64,000 nt of DNA. It comes from an uncultured Gemmatimonadaceae bacterium. Lineage in GTDB: Bacteria > Gemmatimonadota > Gemmatimonadetes > Gemmatimonadales > Gemmatimonadaceae. Positions 19,496 to 31,379 of the stretch are shown one piece after another. Numbering within the stretch: the first letter of the stretch is position 1; each line of letters starts with the position of its first letter. The stretch spans positions 640,001-704,000 of the forward strand of contig CAVVTZ010000007.1 of the NCBI GenBank assembly GCA_963751275.1. Direction: 5' to 3'. The notes below the pieces were generated by a model. That model saw only the letters and a list, made by a program, of their open reading frames with translations, was not told where the DNA came from and searched no databases. The translations under genes and the position numbers were made by a program.

Positions 19496-21085
19496 ATGGC
19501 GAAGCCGATCGCGATAGCGGGCATCCTGGGGGCATTGTGCGTGCCCGCAGTCCGGGCGCAGCAGAAGGACGTCGACGTGACGTCGTATCACTTCACCATC
19601 ACGATCCCGGACACCGGCACCTCGATCACCGGCAGGGCGCAGGTGCGCTTCCGCGCCGCCGCGGGCTACGACGACACGCTGCGACTCGACCTCGTCGGCA
19701 TGAGCGTCGGCGCCGTCACCGGCCAGGACTCCCGCACGCCGCTGCCCTTCAGCTACGACGGCAAGATCATCCGCATCGCCGCCCCCGGACTTGGCTTCCA
19801 CGGCGTGGTCGTGGACTACTCGGGCTCGCCCAGCGATGGGTTCCTCATTGGCACCAACGCCCGCGGCCGCCGCTCGGCGTTCGCCGACGACTGGCCCAAC
19901 CGCGCGCGCTATTGGCTGCCCACGATCGATCACCCCAGCGACAAGGCGCGCGTCGCCTGGACGGTGATCGCGCCCAAGGGGTGGCGCACGGTGAGCAATG
20001 CGCCGCAGTGCGTGAAGGGAGCGGTCCCGGTCGCGGCCTGCACGGAATCGGTGCAGATCCCCACGTACACGATGGTCATCGGCTCCGGCGAGATGTCGGT
20101 GGCCGCGCACCGCCCGGCCGTCGTCGGGCACGACACGATCCCGATCGAGGTCTGGACGTACCCCGAGGATTCGGCCTTCGCGAACGACGTGCCGTTCGCC
20201 CGCGCCACGGAGATCGTCGAGACGATGTCGCGCCTCGTCGGGCCGTATCCGTACTCGAAGCTCGCGCACGTGGAATCGTCCACGCGCTACGGCGGCATGG
20301 AGAACGCGACGGCGATCTTCTACGCCGAGGGTCCGTACGTGAAGCGCACGATGAAGGAAGGCGTCGTGCGCCACGAGACGGCGCACCAGTGGTTCGGCGA
20401 CGCGGTGACGCCGCGCGAATGGGCGCACCTGTGGCTGAGCGAGGGTTTCGCGAGCTACTTCGATCTCGTGATCGGCGCGGCGCTCAGCGGCGACTCGGTG
20501 CTCGTGAACGGCATGAGGCGAGACAAGGCCGAGTGGCTCGACGCGAACGTCATGAACCGGCCGGTGGTGGACATCTTCGAGAAGGATCCGAACAAGCTGC
20601 TCAACGCGAACGTGTACCCGAAGGGCGCGTGGGTGCTGCACATGCTGCGCGAACAGGTGGGCGACTCCGCGTTCTTCCGCGGCGTGCGCGCGTACTACCA
20701 GGCGTACCGCGACACCTCGGTCGTGAGCGCGCAATTCCAGGAGAAGATCGAGGATGCATCGGGGCAGCGGCTCGGCTGGTTCTTCCAGCAGTGGCTCTAC
20801 CAGGCGGGCTGCCCGAAGCTGCAGGTGCGCTGGACGGCGGACACCACGGCGCACACGCTGCAGCTGACCGTGCTGCAGGTGCAGCCGCAGGCGTGGGGGC
20901 GGTTCCGTCTGCCGTCGCTGCCGCTCGCGCTCGTGATGCCCGACGGCAGCACGGAGCGGCGCACGATCACGGTGATCGCGCAGAACGAGACGGTGGTGAC
21001 GCTGCCACTGGCCGGCGCGGCTCCGGCGGACTTGATGGTGGATCCCGACGGCACTTTGCTCGTAGTGTCCACGGTGCTACGCTGA
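19496..21085 (+). CDS. Exported M1 family Zn aminopeptidase
   Basis: GGMEN, HETAHQWFG..W..LWLSEGFASY and YPKGAWVLHMLR; signal peptide. Confidence 0.93.
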   Translation: MAKPIAIAGILGALCVPAVRAQQKDVDVTSYHFTITIPDTGTSITGRAQVRFRAAAGYDDTLRLDLVGMSVGAVTGQDSRTPLPFSYDGKIIRIAAPGLGFHGVVVDYSGSPSDGFLIGTNARGRRSAFADDWPNRARYWLPTIDHPSDKARVAWTVIAPKGWRTVSNAPQCVKGAVPVAACTESVQIPTYTMVIGSGEMSVAAHRPAVVGHDTIPIEVWTYPEDSAFANDVPFARATEIVETMSRLVGPYPYSKLAHVESSTRYGGMENATAIFYAEGPYVKRTMKEGVVRHETAHQWFGDAVTPREWAHLWLSEGFASYFDLVIGAALSGDSVLVNGMRRDKAEWLDANVMNRPVVDIFEKDPNKLLNANVYPKGAWVLHMLREQVGDSAFFRGVRAYYQAYRDTSVVSAQFQEKIEDASGQRLGWFFQQWLYQAGCPKLQVRWTADTTAHTLQLTVLQVQPQAWGRFRLPSLPLALVMPDGSTERRTITVIAQNETVVTLPLAGAAPADLMVDPDGTLLVVSTVLR

Positions 21086-21110
21086 GGGCGTCCCCAACAA
21101 TGGTGGCGGC

Positions 21111-21478
21111 ATGAACCCGAATCTGCGCGACCGGATCCTGCGCAAGCTCGACGAGCTCCCCGACGAGCGCGGCTATCAGCTGCTCGACTACGTGGAGTTC
21201 ATGGAGTCGAAGTACGCCGGCAAGACGGCGGTCGCGCCCGGCGCGTTCGAGCGGTTCGCCGAGGGGGTGGAGGACACGCTGCGCGCCGGCAAGGTGAGCG
21301 CGTCCACGATCGCGGAAACAATGGGCCTGCTGAACAAGGCGATGAACGTGCTGGGCGGCGTGGCGGCGACCGGGAAATCGCTCGCGAGCGACGCGGTGGA
21401 CACCGCGGTGCGCATGACCGCCGAGCGCAAAGTGCCGCCCGCGCCGCCGGGGCGCCCGCGGATCCGGCGAAGAAGTGA
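21111..21478 (+). CDS. Hypothetical protein (DUF2281-like N-terminus); probable missing G near 21450
   Basis: Contains LDELPDERGYQLLDYVEFM. Restoring one G gives ..GAPADPAKK* with a GTGA overlap onto the next gene. Confidence 0.65.
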
Positions 21479-21882
21479 CCGCGCCGCCGCTCCGCCGCCC
21501 GCGCACCGGCGCGCGGCGTACGCTCGCCTCCGCGATCGCCGCGATCCCGCGCTATCTGCGCCTGCTCGCCGGCTTGATCATGGACCGCCGCGTGGCGGTG
21601 TTCGACAAGGTGCTGCTCGCCGCCGCGATCGTGTACGCCGTGAGTCCCATCGACCTGATCCCCGATTTCTTCCCCGTGATCGGTCTTGCCGATGACGTCT
21701 TCTTCATCAGCCTCGCCGTCCGCCGCCTCGTGAGCCACGCCGGAATGGACGTCATCCTCGACCACTGGTCCGGCGACCCCAATGAACTGAGCGAAGCGCA
21801 TCTGAACTTGACCGTCTCGGCCGCATCGTTCTTTCTGCCGCGCTCAATCCGGACCCGTTTGGAGCGACGCGCCCGCCGGTAG
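21475..21882 (+). CDS. YkvA/DUF1232 family membrane protein
   Basis: YAVSPIDLIPDFFPVIGLADD motif. Confidence 0.88.
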   Translation: MTAPPLRRPRTGARRTLASAIAAIPRYLRLLAGLIMDRRVAVFDKVLLAAAIVYAVSPIDLIPDFFPVIGLADDVFFISLAVRRLVSHAGMDVILDHWSGDPNELSEAHLNLTVSAASFFLPRSIRTRLERRARR

Positions 21883-23517
<1,635 letters not shown>

Positions 23518-23520
23518 GTT

Positions 23521-23676
23521 GCAGTCAACAGCAAACAGTCACGAGAACTGCACGGCAGTCGACAGTCAACAGTCAACAGCTCACAGAAATCGGATCGCGC
23601 ACGGGACTGACTTCTGTGAGCTGTTGACTGTTGACTGTACACTGGCGGTCACTCGTGACTGTTAGCTGTTAGCTGC
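23521..23676. repeat. Long imperfect hairpin element with ACAGTCA heptamer arms, copy 1
   Basis: Perfect 27-bp inner stem (23562-23588/23612-23638); outer stem cagtcacgag/ctcgtgactg; homologous to 28317-28495. Confidence 0.9.
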
Positions 23677-23684
23677 CGGCCAGA

Positions 23685-25628
23685 ATGCCAAATCCTGCTC
23701 TCCCGGCGTGGTTCTTAGGCCCTCGCGCAGAAAACGCGGAGTTACTCGAGCGTTTGATCGTCGAGTCGTTGCGCGATCACGTCTTCTGGCGCAGAAATTT
23801 CCATCCCGAAGACGGCTTCACCATTCGGGAAACGGATAAGAGATCCGAAGGCTACGAACGCGCCGTCGCCACCATGACCCAGGAACTCATGGGTCTCCTC
23901 GCCGAGCTCAAGCGGGGCGTTCCGTTCTTCAGCGGCCGCTATAAAGGCCACATGAGTTTCGAGCAGACGCTCGCCAGCCAACTCGGCTATTTCGCGGCGA
24001 TGCTCTACAATCCCAACAACGTCGCCTTCGAGGGCTCGCCGGTCACCACGCGGCTCGAGCTGGAAGTCGCGGCCGATCTCATGCGCATGATCGGCTACGA
24101 TCCGGCGGCGTCGTGGGGTCATCTCACGTCGGGCGGCACGGTCGCGAACTTCGAGGCGCTCTGGATCGCGCGGAACATCGCCTATCTCCCGCTCGCGGTC
24201 GCGGGCGCGGCGAACGAGCTGGGGGTGAAGCTCGACGTCACGCTGCCGGGCGGTTCGCGGGCGGTTGTGAACGAACTGCCGCTCTGGAAACTCGTGAACA
24301 TCTCGAATGCCGCGGCGCTCGATCTGTGGCATGCGCTGTTCGCTGCGGCACCGCGTGAAAAGGTCCAGCACGCGCTGAGCGAACACTCGCTCGCCACCGT
24401 GGGTTACCAGGATTACGCGCACCGTCTCGAGAAGGCATACGGCGATCCGCTGCCCGCGGGCGTCGTGCTCGTCGCCGCGACGGCGCACTACTCCTGGGAG
24501 AAGATCGTGCGCGCGCTGGGCATCGGGTCCAACCAGATCGTGTATGTGCCGGTGGATGCGCACTATCGCATGGACCCCGACGCGCTCTGGGAGCGCGTGC
24601 GCGATCACACGAAGACGAACACGCCCGTCATGGCATGCATCTCCGTGTGCGGCACCACCGAGGAGAGCGCGGTGGACCGGCTGGACGCGGTGCTCGCGGT
24701 GCGCGATCGCGCGGAGAAGGAACTCGGCGTCACCTATCACGTGCATTCGGACGCGTGCTACGGCGGCTACGCGGCGAGCGTGACATGGACCGAGCACGGC
24801 GAGCGCCGCGCCGCGTCCGACATCCGCAAATCGCTGCTCGGCCTCGATTGGCCCACCGAGGACTGGGTGCGCGCGATGGAGGCGCTCGGCCGAGCCGACT
24901 CTGTGACGATCGACCCGCACAAGCTCGGCTACTGCCCGTATCCCGCGGGCGCGTTCCTGCTGCGCGACCGGCGCGCGCGGGAGCTCGTGAGCACCGATCC
25001 TCCGTATCTCGCGCCGGTGGCCGGCGCCGCGGCGGCGACGCGAGCGAGGAGCGCTTCCTTGGCCGCTACATCTTCGAGGGATCCAAGCCCGGCGCGAGCG
25101 CGGCGAGCGTGTGGCTCAGCCACAAGGTGCTCCCGCTGAACGAACGCGGGTATGGCCATCTCATCGAGCGCACCGTGCTCGGCGCGCGGCGATTGCACGC
25201 GGCACTGGGCGGCGAGCCGCTGGGAGAATTCCGCGCGGTGATGCTCCCCGAGCCGGACATCAACATCGTCTGCTGGGTGATGCACCACCCGTCGCTCAAG
25301 ACGCTCGACGGCGGTGAATGCGCTCAATGAGTCGATCTACGAGCGCATGAGTCTCGCGCGGGCCGGCGCGCAGCCGGAGTACATCATCACGCGCACGCGG
25401 TTCCAGAGTCCAATGTACGACGGGGCGGTGGATGGGCTGCTGCAGGCATTGGGCGTTTGCACGCCGGCGCAGTGGAAAGCCAACGGTGTGAGCGGGCTGG
25501 TCGTATTACGCTCGACCGTCATGGACCCGTTCCTCGTGAGTCCGCCGCCGGCGCCGGATCATGTGCGTGGATTCCGGAAGGCGCTGATCAAGGCGGCGGA
25601 GAGTGCGCTGAGGGGCGTCGCGCCTTGA
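23685..25628 (+). CDS. Group II PLP-dependent amino-acid decarboxylase, tyrosine-decarboxylase-like (frameshifts near 25040 and 25310)
   Basis: FLGPRAEN..WRRNF, GHLTSGGTVANFEALW, HYSW, GTTE, HSDACYGG, DPHK (PLP lysine) and EGSKPG. Confidence 0.88.
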
Positions 25629-25719
25629 CAAGGGTCCGGACGGCGGAGAAAATAGGCGCACTACTGCAAAGGCGCGTCTAGCGTATGGTACGACAAAATA
25701 TCGCAAGGGAGAGTTCCGC

Positions 25720-27180
25720 ATGAGCCTATCGTCAGTCAAATCTGTTGCCTCGCTGCAGGCGGAGGCCGCCGCGGAAGGTGCGGGGACTCTCAAGCGCGCA
25801 CTGGGCGCGCTCAATCTCACGACGCTCGGGATCGGCGCGATCATCGGCGCTGGTATCTTCGTGCTCACCGGCAGCGCCGCGGCGCAGTACGCCGGCCCGG
25901 CGATCCCGCTCTCGTTCGTCATCGCGGGCATGGGCTGTTTGTTCGCCGGCCTCTGCTACGCCGAATTCGCGAGCATGATCCCGATCGCCGGCAGCGCATA
26001 CACGTATGCGTATGCGACGATGGGCGAGTTCGTCGCGTGGATCATCGGATGGGACCTGATCCTCGAGTATCTCTTCGGCGCGGCGACGGTCGCGGTGGGC
26101 TGGTCGGGCTATTTCGGCGCGCTGATGAAGAATGCCGGGATCGATCTGCCCGTCGGGTGGACGACGGCGCCCTATGGCCTGGAGGGCACGCACCATCTCG
26201 TGCACATCGCCGGCGGCATCATCAATCTGCCTGCCGTGCTCCTGATCTTCGCGATGACCCTGCTGCTGGTGATCGGCATCAAGGAGAGCGCGAACTTCAA
26301 CAACGTGATCGTCGTGCTGAAGGTCGCGATCGTCTTCCTCGTGATCGGCTTCGGCTCGATCTACGTGAAGCCGGCGAATTGGCACCCGTGGATCCCGGCG
26401 AACACCGGAACGTTCGGCCAGTTCGGGATCAGCGGCATCATTCGCGCGGCGGCCGTCGTCTTCTTCGCCTATATCGGATTCGACGCGGTGTCCACGGCGG
26501 CGCAGGAAGCGCGGAATCCGCAGAAGGACCTGCCCATCGGCATCCTGCTCTCGCTCGGCATCTGCACGGTGCTCTACATCCTGATGTCGCTCGTGATGAC
26601 GGGGCTCGCGCCGTACACCACGCTGAACGTGGCGCACCCGGTGTCGGTGGCGATCGAAGCGGCCGGCCCGGCGCTCGCGTGGCTCGGCTGGATCGTGAAC
26701 CTGGGCGCGGTGCTCGGTCTCGCGAGCGTGGTGCTCGTGATGCTCATGGCGCAGCCGCGCATCTTCTTCTCGATGTCGAACGACGGCCTGCTGCCGCCGG
26801 CGTTCAGCAAGGTGCACCCGCGCTTCCGCACGCCATACATCCCGCAGATCCTCACCGGGCTCGTGGCGGCGGTCGTCGCCGGCCTGCTGCCGGTGGGGCT
26901 GCTCGGTGAGCTGGTGTCGATCGGCACGCTGCTCGCGTTCGTGATCGTGTGCGCCGGCGTCTGGGTGATGCGCGTGAAGAGCCCGGATCAGGTGCGCCCG
27001 TTCAAGACGCCGCTCGTTCCGCTCGTGCCGATCCTCGGGATCATCAACTGCTTCGGCATGATGGTGTTCCTGCCGCTCGACACGTGGATCCGCCTCGTGA
27101 TCTGGATGGCGATCGGGCTGATCGTGTATTTCTCCTACGGCAAGTCGCATTCGAAGCTCGGGCGCGCTGCAGGCGGCTGA
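25720..27180 (+). CDS. APC superfamily amino acid permease (CAT/YfnA-like)
   Basis: GIGAIIGAGIFV, CYAEFAS, GSAYTY and FFAYIGFDAVST; about 12 TM helices. Confidence 0.95.
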   Translation: MSLSSVKSVASLQAEAAAEGAGTLKRALGALNLTTLGIGAIIGAGIFVLTGSAAAQYAGPAIPLSFVIAGMGCLFAGLCYAEFASMIPIAGSAYTYAYATMGEFVAWIIGWDLILEYLFGAATVAVGWSGYFGALMKNAGIDLPVGWTTAPYGLEGTHHLVHIAGGIINLPAVLLIFAMTLLLVIGIKESANFNNVIVVLKVAIVFLVIGFGSIYVKPANWHPWIPANTGTFGQFGISGIIRAAAVVFFAYIGFDAVSTAAQEARNPQKDLPIGILLSLGICTVLYILMSLVMTGLAPYTTLNVAHPVSVAIEAAGPALAWLGWIVNLGAVLGLASVVLVMLMAQPRIFFSMSNDGLLPPAFSKVHPRFRTPYIPQILTGLVAAVVAGLLPVGLLGELVSIGTLLAFVIVCAGVWVMRVKSPDQVRPFKTPLVPLVPILGIINCFGMMVFLPLDTWIRLVIWMAIGLIVYFSYGKSHSKLGRAAGG

Positions 27181-27202
27181 GCCGCACAGCGATTATCTTT
27201 CC

Positions 27203-27241
27203 AGCGGCGCCCGCGATGGTTTGCGGGCGCCGCTTCGCTTT
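27203..27241 (+). terminator. Probable intrinsic terminator
   Basis: agcggcgcccgc/gcgggcgccgct 12-bp stem followed by tcgcttt. Confidence 0.6.
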
Positions 27242-27252
27242 CCCCTCCGGGC

Positions 27253-28284
27253 ATGACGCCAAAGACGCCGCCACTCCATAGTCCGCTCGCCATTCCGCAC
27301 GCGCGCCGCGAGGCGCTCGAGCGGCTGGCGAAATCGATCGAGCCCGGCATGACGGCGGTGCTGAGTACGCACATCAATTCCGACGGCGACGGCTGCGGCT
27401 CGGAGGCGGCGCTCGCGCTCCTGCTCGCGCAGCGCGGCGTGAAGACGCGCATCGTGAATCCCACGCCGTGGCCGGGGTTGTTCGCCTTCCTGCTCGAGGG
27501 CGTGAGCGATCGCAGCGCCGACGGCGCCAAGGCGCTCGCCGGCGCGGATATGCTCATCGTGCTCGACATCAGCGACGTGAAGCGGCTCGGCTCGCTCGCC
27601 GACGCCGTGCGCGCGTTCAAGGGGCCGAAGCTCGTGATCGATCATCACGTGCCGGCCGCCGAGCCGCCGGGCGAGGTGATCGTGACCGATACAGCGGCGT
27701 GCGCGACCGGGGAGATCGTGTTCGATCTCGCGCGCGTCATGGAACTCGAGATCACGCCGCATGTCGCGCGCGCGTTGTATACCGCGCTGCTCACGGATAC
27801 CGGTGGATTCCGGTTCTCGAATACGTCGCCGAGGTGCCATGCCGTGGCCGCGCAATTGCTGGCGGCGGGGGTAGAGCCGGAGGAGATGTATCGGCAGATC
27901 TATGCGCAGGTGAGCATCGGGCGATTGCATCTGTTGCGCGACGCGTTGGATTCATTGCAGGTGGATCCGGGCGCGGGGCTGTCGTGGATCACGCTGCCGG
28001 CTGGCGTGCTCGAGAAGTATGACGTGAAGTCGGAAGATCTTGACGGGCTATCGGAGCATCCGCGCAGTGTGGCGGGGACGAAGATGGCGTTGTTCTTCCG
28101 GGATCTTGGGCATGGGCAGGTGAAGGTCAGCTTTCGCAGCACGGGGTCAGTGGATGTGAATGCGTTCGCGCGGATGTTCGGCGGCGGGGGGCATGCGCGG
28201 GCGGCGGGGGCGATGATACCCGGGAAGCTTGAGGCGGTGGTGGAGAGGGTCGTTGCCGCGGCGAGATCATTCGTCGCCCACTGA
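27253..28284 (+). CDS. nrnA: DHH/DHHA1 phosphoesterase (NrnA-like nanoRNase/pAp phosphatase)
   Basis: HINSDGD, VLD, IDHH, TDTGGF, KVSFRS and FGGGGHARAAG. Confidence 0.88.
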   Translation: MTPKTPPLHSPLAIPHARREALERLAKSIEPGMTAVLSTHINSDGDGCGSEAALALLLAQRGVKTRIVNPTPWPGLFAFLLEGVSDRSADGAKALAGADMLIVLDISDVKRLGSLADAVRAFKGPKLVIDHHVPAAEPPGEVIVTDTAACATGEIVFDLARVMELEITPHVARALYTALLTDTGGFRFSNTSPRCHAVAAQLLAAGVEPEEMYRQIYAQVSIGRLHLLRDALDSLQVDPGAGLSWITLPAGVLEKYDVKSEDLDGLSEHPRSVAGTKMALFFRDLGHGQVKVSFRSTGSVDVNAFARMFGGGGHARAAGAMIPGKLEAVVERVVAAARSFVAH

Positions 28285-28316
28285 CTACGACCGCTTCATC
28301 ACCAGGCCGTGAAGGC

Positions 28317-28495
28317 TGCAGCTAACAGCAAACAGTCACGAGGACACGGCAGTCGACAGTCAACAGTCAACAGGTCACAGAAATCCGTTGGCCGAATGCC
28401 TCGACGCGCTCGCCCACGCTTGAACCGTTTTCTGTGACCTGTTGACTGTTGACTGTTGACTGGCAGTCACTCGTGACTGTTTGCTGTTAGCTGCA
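28317..28495. repeat. Long hairpin element with ACAGTCA heptamer arms, copy 2
   Basis: Perfect 26-bp outer stem (28317-28342/28470-28495) and a 34-bp inner stem with one G-T pair (28350-28383/28429-28462). Confidence 0.9.
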
Positions 28496-28557
28496 ACGTT
28501 ACGGGCGCTGGTGGCGAACGCCGCAGTTATCCGCGAATTCGCTTAGATTCCCCCTCC

Positions 28558-28818
28558 ATGGCAATATTCGGAAGGAAGAAAGACCCCGCCGACGTGGAGC
28601 GCCGGATCAACGATGCCATCATCGGCATGCGCCCCCTGCTGCATATCGAGAAGATGGATCTCGCCCTCGTATCCTTCGACTCCACGACCGGCGTGACCAT
28701 TCTCCGCATCGCCGGCGATTGCCCCGACTGCGACATGACCGCCACCGAACTCCGCGCCGGCATTGAAGCCCACCTCCGCCTCCGCGTCCCCGAGATCACC
28801 GAAGTGCGCAATGGCTGA
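28558..28818 (+). CDS. NifU/NfuA C-terminal domain protein
   Basis: [25 protein letters not shown]; adjacent to mrp. Confidence 0.8.
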   Translation: MAIFGRKKDPADVERRINDAIIGMRPLLHIEKMDLALVSFDSTTGVTILRIAGDCPDCDMTATELRAGIEAHLRLRVPEITEVRNG

Positions 28819-29944
28819 TGCGCTGCAGGCGCGGATCGCGGCGGCGCTCGGCGCGGTCGTGAATCCACGCACGGGACAGGATGTCGTGTCGTCCGAGATG
28901 GTGCGCGATGTGGGCGTGTCCGTCGAGGGACGCGTGCGTTTCACCTTGCTGCTCGACGCGCGCGATCCGGCGTCGCTCGTGCGCGATGCGCGGCAATCGG
29001 TGGAGAAAGTGGATGGCGTGCAGGACGTGCGCGTGGACGTGAAGGATCCCGCGCAGGCCGCTGCGCCCAAGCCCGCCGCGGTCGCGGTGCCCAAGAGCCG
29101 GGCGCTGCCGGTGATGGGACAGGAACCGCAATCGCGGAAGGCCGCCGTGCCCGCGCCGACTCCGGTCGCGTATCCGAATCTCGGCCGCGTGCTGGCGATC
29201 TCGTCGGGCAAGGGCGGCGTCGGCAAGTCGACCGTCGCGGTGAACCTCGCCGTGGCGCTCGCGAAGAGCGGCAAGCGGGTGGGCATCATCGACGCCGACA
29301 TCTACGGGCCCGAACCTGCCGCGGATGATGGGCGTGAACGAGCCGCCGCCGGTGATCGACGAGAAGATCCATCCCGCTCGAGGCGTACGGCGTCAAGCTG
29401 ATGTCGATCGGCTTCCTGATCGAGCGCGATCCGCCGGCGATCTGGCGCGGCCCGATCATCATGAAGATCATCACGCAGTTCCTGGCGCGACGTGCAGTGG
29501 GGGCAACTCGACTATCTGCTCGTGCGACATGCCGCCCGGCACCGGCGATGCGCAGCTCTCGCTGGTGCAGGCGACGCACGGTGCACGGCGCGGTGATCGT
29601 CACCACGCCGCAGGAGGTGGCCGTCGGCGATGCGCTGCGCGGCGCGAAGATGTTCGAGCGCGTCGACGTGCCCGGTGCTCGGCATGGTCGAGAACATGAG
29701 CTACTGCATCTGCCCGCACTGCGGGAAGCCGACGGCCATCTTCGGTTCGGGCGGCGGCCAGCTGCTCGCGAACGAACTCGAGCTGCCGCTGCTCGGGGAG
29801 ATCCCGCTCTTCCCGCCGGTGCGCGAGGGGGGCGACAATGGCGTGCCGATCGTGATCTCGCAGCCGGATTCGCCGGCGGCGCGCGCGCTCACGGCTCTGG
29901 TGGAGAAGATCGTGCAGGCGCTGCCCGCGCCCGCGCGCGCGTGA
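28811..29944 (+). CDS. mrp: Mrp/ApbC Fe-S cluster carrier ATPase (multiple frameshifts 29310-29680)
   Basis: [40 protein letters not shown] and ENMSY.CPHC are spread over several frames. Confidence 0.9.
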
Positions 29945-31375
29945 CCGAGACCGTTCCCGCGGTCGAGCCGTTCGAGGAACCCTCGGCGGCGCTCCCGATC
30001 AGCTCGCGCGATGGACTCGTTTCCGTCGCCGTCACCGACGAGCACGCGGCGCACCCCAAGCTCGTCAGCGGGCCGCTCGCGCGGACGATCGCGAGCGTCG
30101 CGATCCCGAGCGTCGGCAGCATCTTCCTGCTCACCTTCTTCATTCCTCGGCCGACGCGTACTGGGTGGGCACGCGCATCGGGCCCGGTGGGGCTCGCCGC
30201 GGTCTCGACATCCATCTTCTGGATCTGGGCCATCGTCAGCCTCGCGGAGCTCGTGAGCGTGGGGCTCACCGCCGTTGCCGCGCGGCGGCACGGCGAAGGA
30301 AGGCCGGAGCTCGCAGCGCGCGCGGTGGGCGATGCGCTCGTGTTCACGCTCGTGCTGTCGGTGGTCGTCGCGGTACTCGGCCGTCTCTTCCTCAGTTCGC
30401 TCTTCGGACTGGAGCACACGCCGCCCGAAGTGACGGCGCTCGGCAAGCAGTATCTCGGCATGTATCTGCTCGGCGCGCCGCTGGTGTTCGGCTATTTCAC
30501 CGTGGACGCGAGCTTCCGTGCGAGCGGCGACACGAAGACGCCGCTGATCCTCATCCTGGTGTCCGTGACCGCCGCGGTGATGCTGGACCCGGTGCTGATC
30601 ATGGGGCTCGGACCCGCGCCGAAGCTCGGGATCGCGGGAGCGGCCGTGTCCATGCTGCTCACGCGGCTCGCGACGCTCATCGTGGGCGTGACGATCCTCG
30701 TGCGCCGGCGCATGGTGAAGTTCGGGCGCGTGTCGTTCGAGACGCTCGGCACCATTGTGCGTGTGGGTCTGCCGACCGCCGTCACGGGGGTCGTGTTCAG
30801 CCTGATCTACGTGCTTCTCACGCAGACCACATTGCGCTTCGGCACGCCCGCGCTCGCCGCCTTGGGCGTGGGACACCGCGTGGAGAGCTGGGTCTACATG
30901 GTGGGCGTGGGATTCGGCGCGGCCGCGGCGGCGATGGTCGGGCAGAATCTCGGCGCGCGACGCCCCGATCGCGCGCGGCGGTCGGGATGGATCGCAGTGG
31001 GGATGGCGACGAGCATCGGCCTGATCGGCGCGCTGCTCGAGTACACGTGCGCCGTGCGCTTCGCGAATGTCTTCACGCACGACGCCGACGTCATCGCCGA
31101 GGCGGCGAAGTATCTGCGGATCGGCGCCGTGTCCACCGTGTTCGCGCCGGCGGAGCTGCGTGCTCGAAGGTGCACTCGGCGGCGCGGGGGACACGCTGCC
31201 GCCCATGCTGACGTCCACCTTCCTCACCGCGATGCGCGTGCCCCTCGCGATCTGGGCCGCGCCGAAGTGGGGGACCGCGGGGATCTGGTGGGTCCTGTCA
31301 TTCACCGCCGCTGGACGCGGGCTGGCGATGATGGGACTTTGGAAGTGGAGGCGGTGGGATCTGAAGAAAGTCTAG
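29941..31375 (+). CDS. MATE family efflux transporter (frameshift near 31160; compensating pair near 30145-30175)
   Basis: FRASGDTKTP, LDPVLI.G, LGIAGAA, GQNLGA and GAGDT. Confidence 0.88.
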
Positions 31376-31379
31376 TGCT

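Noticed and set aside
23521..28495. Hairpin elements as integron attC sites or a CRISPR array
   Set aside because: The GCTAAC..GTTAGC ends fit RYYYAAC/GTTRRRY poorly. There is no integrase or cas gene, the flanking genes are housekeeping, and there is no repeat-spacer periodicity.
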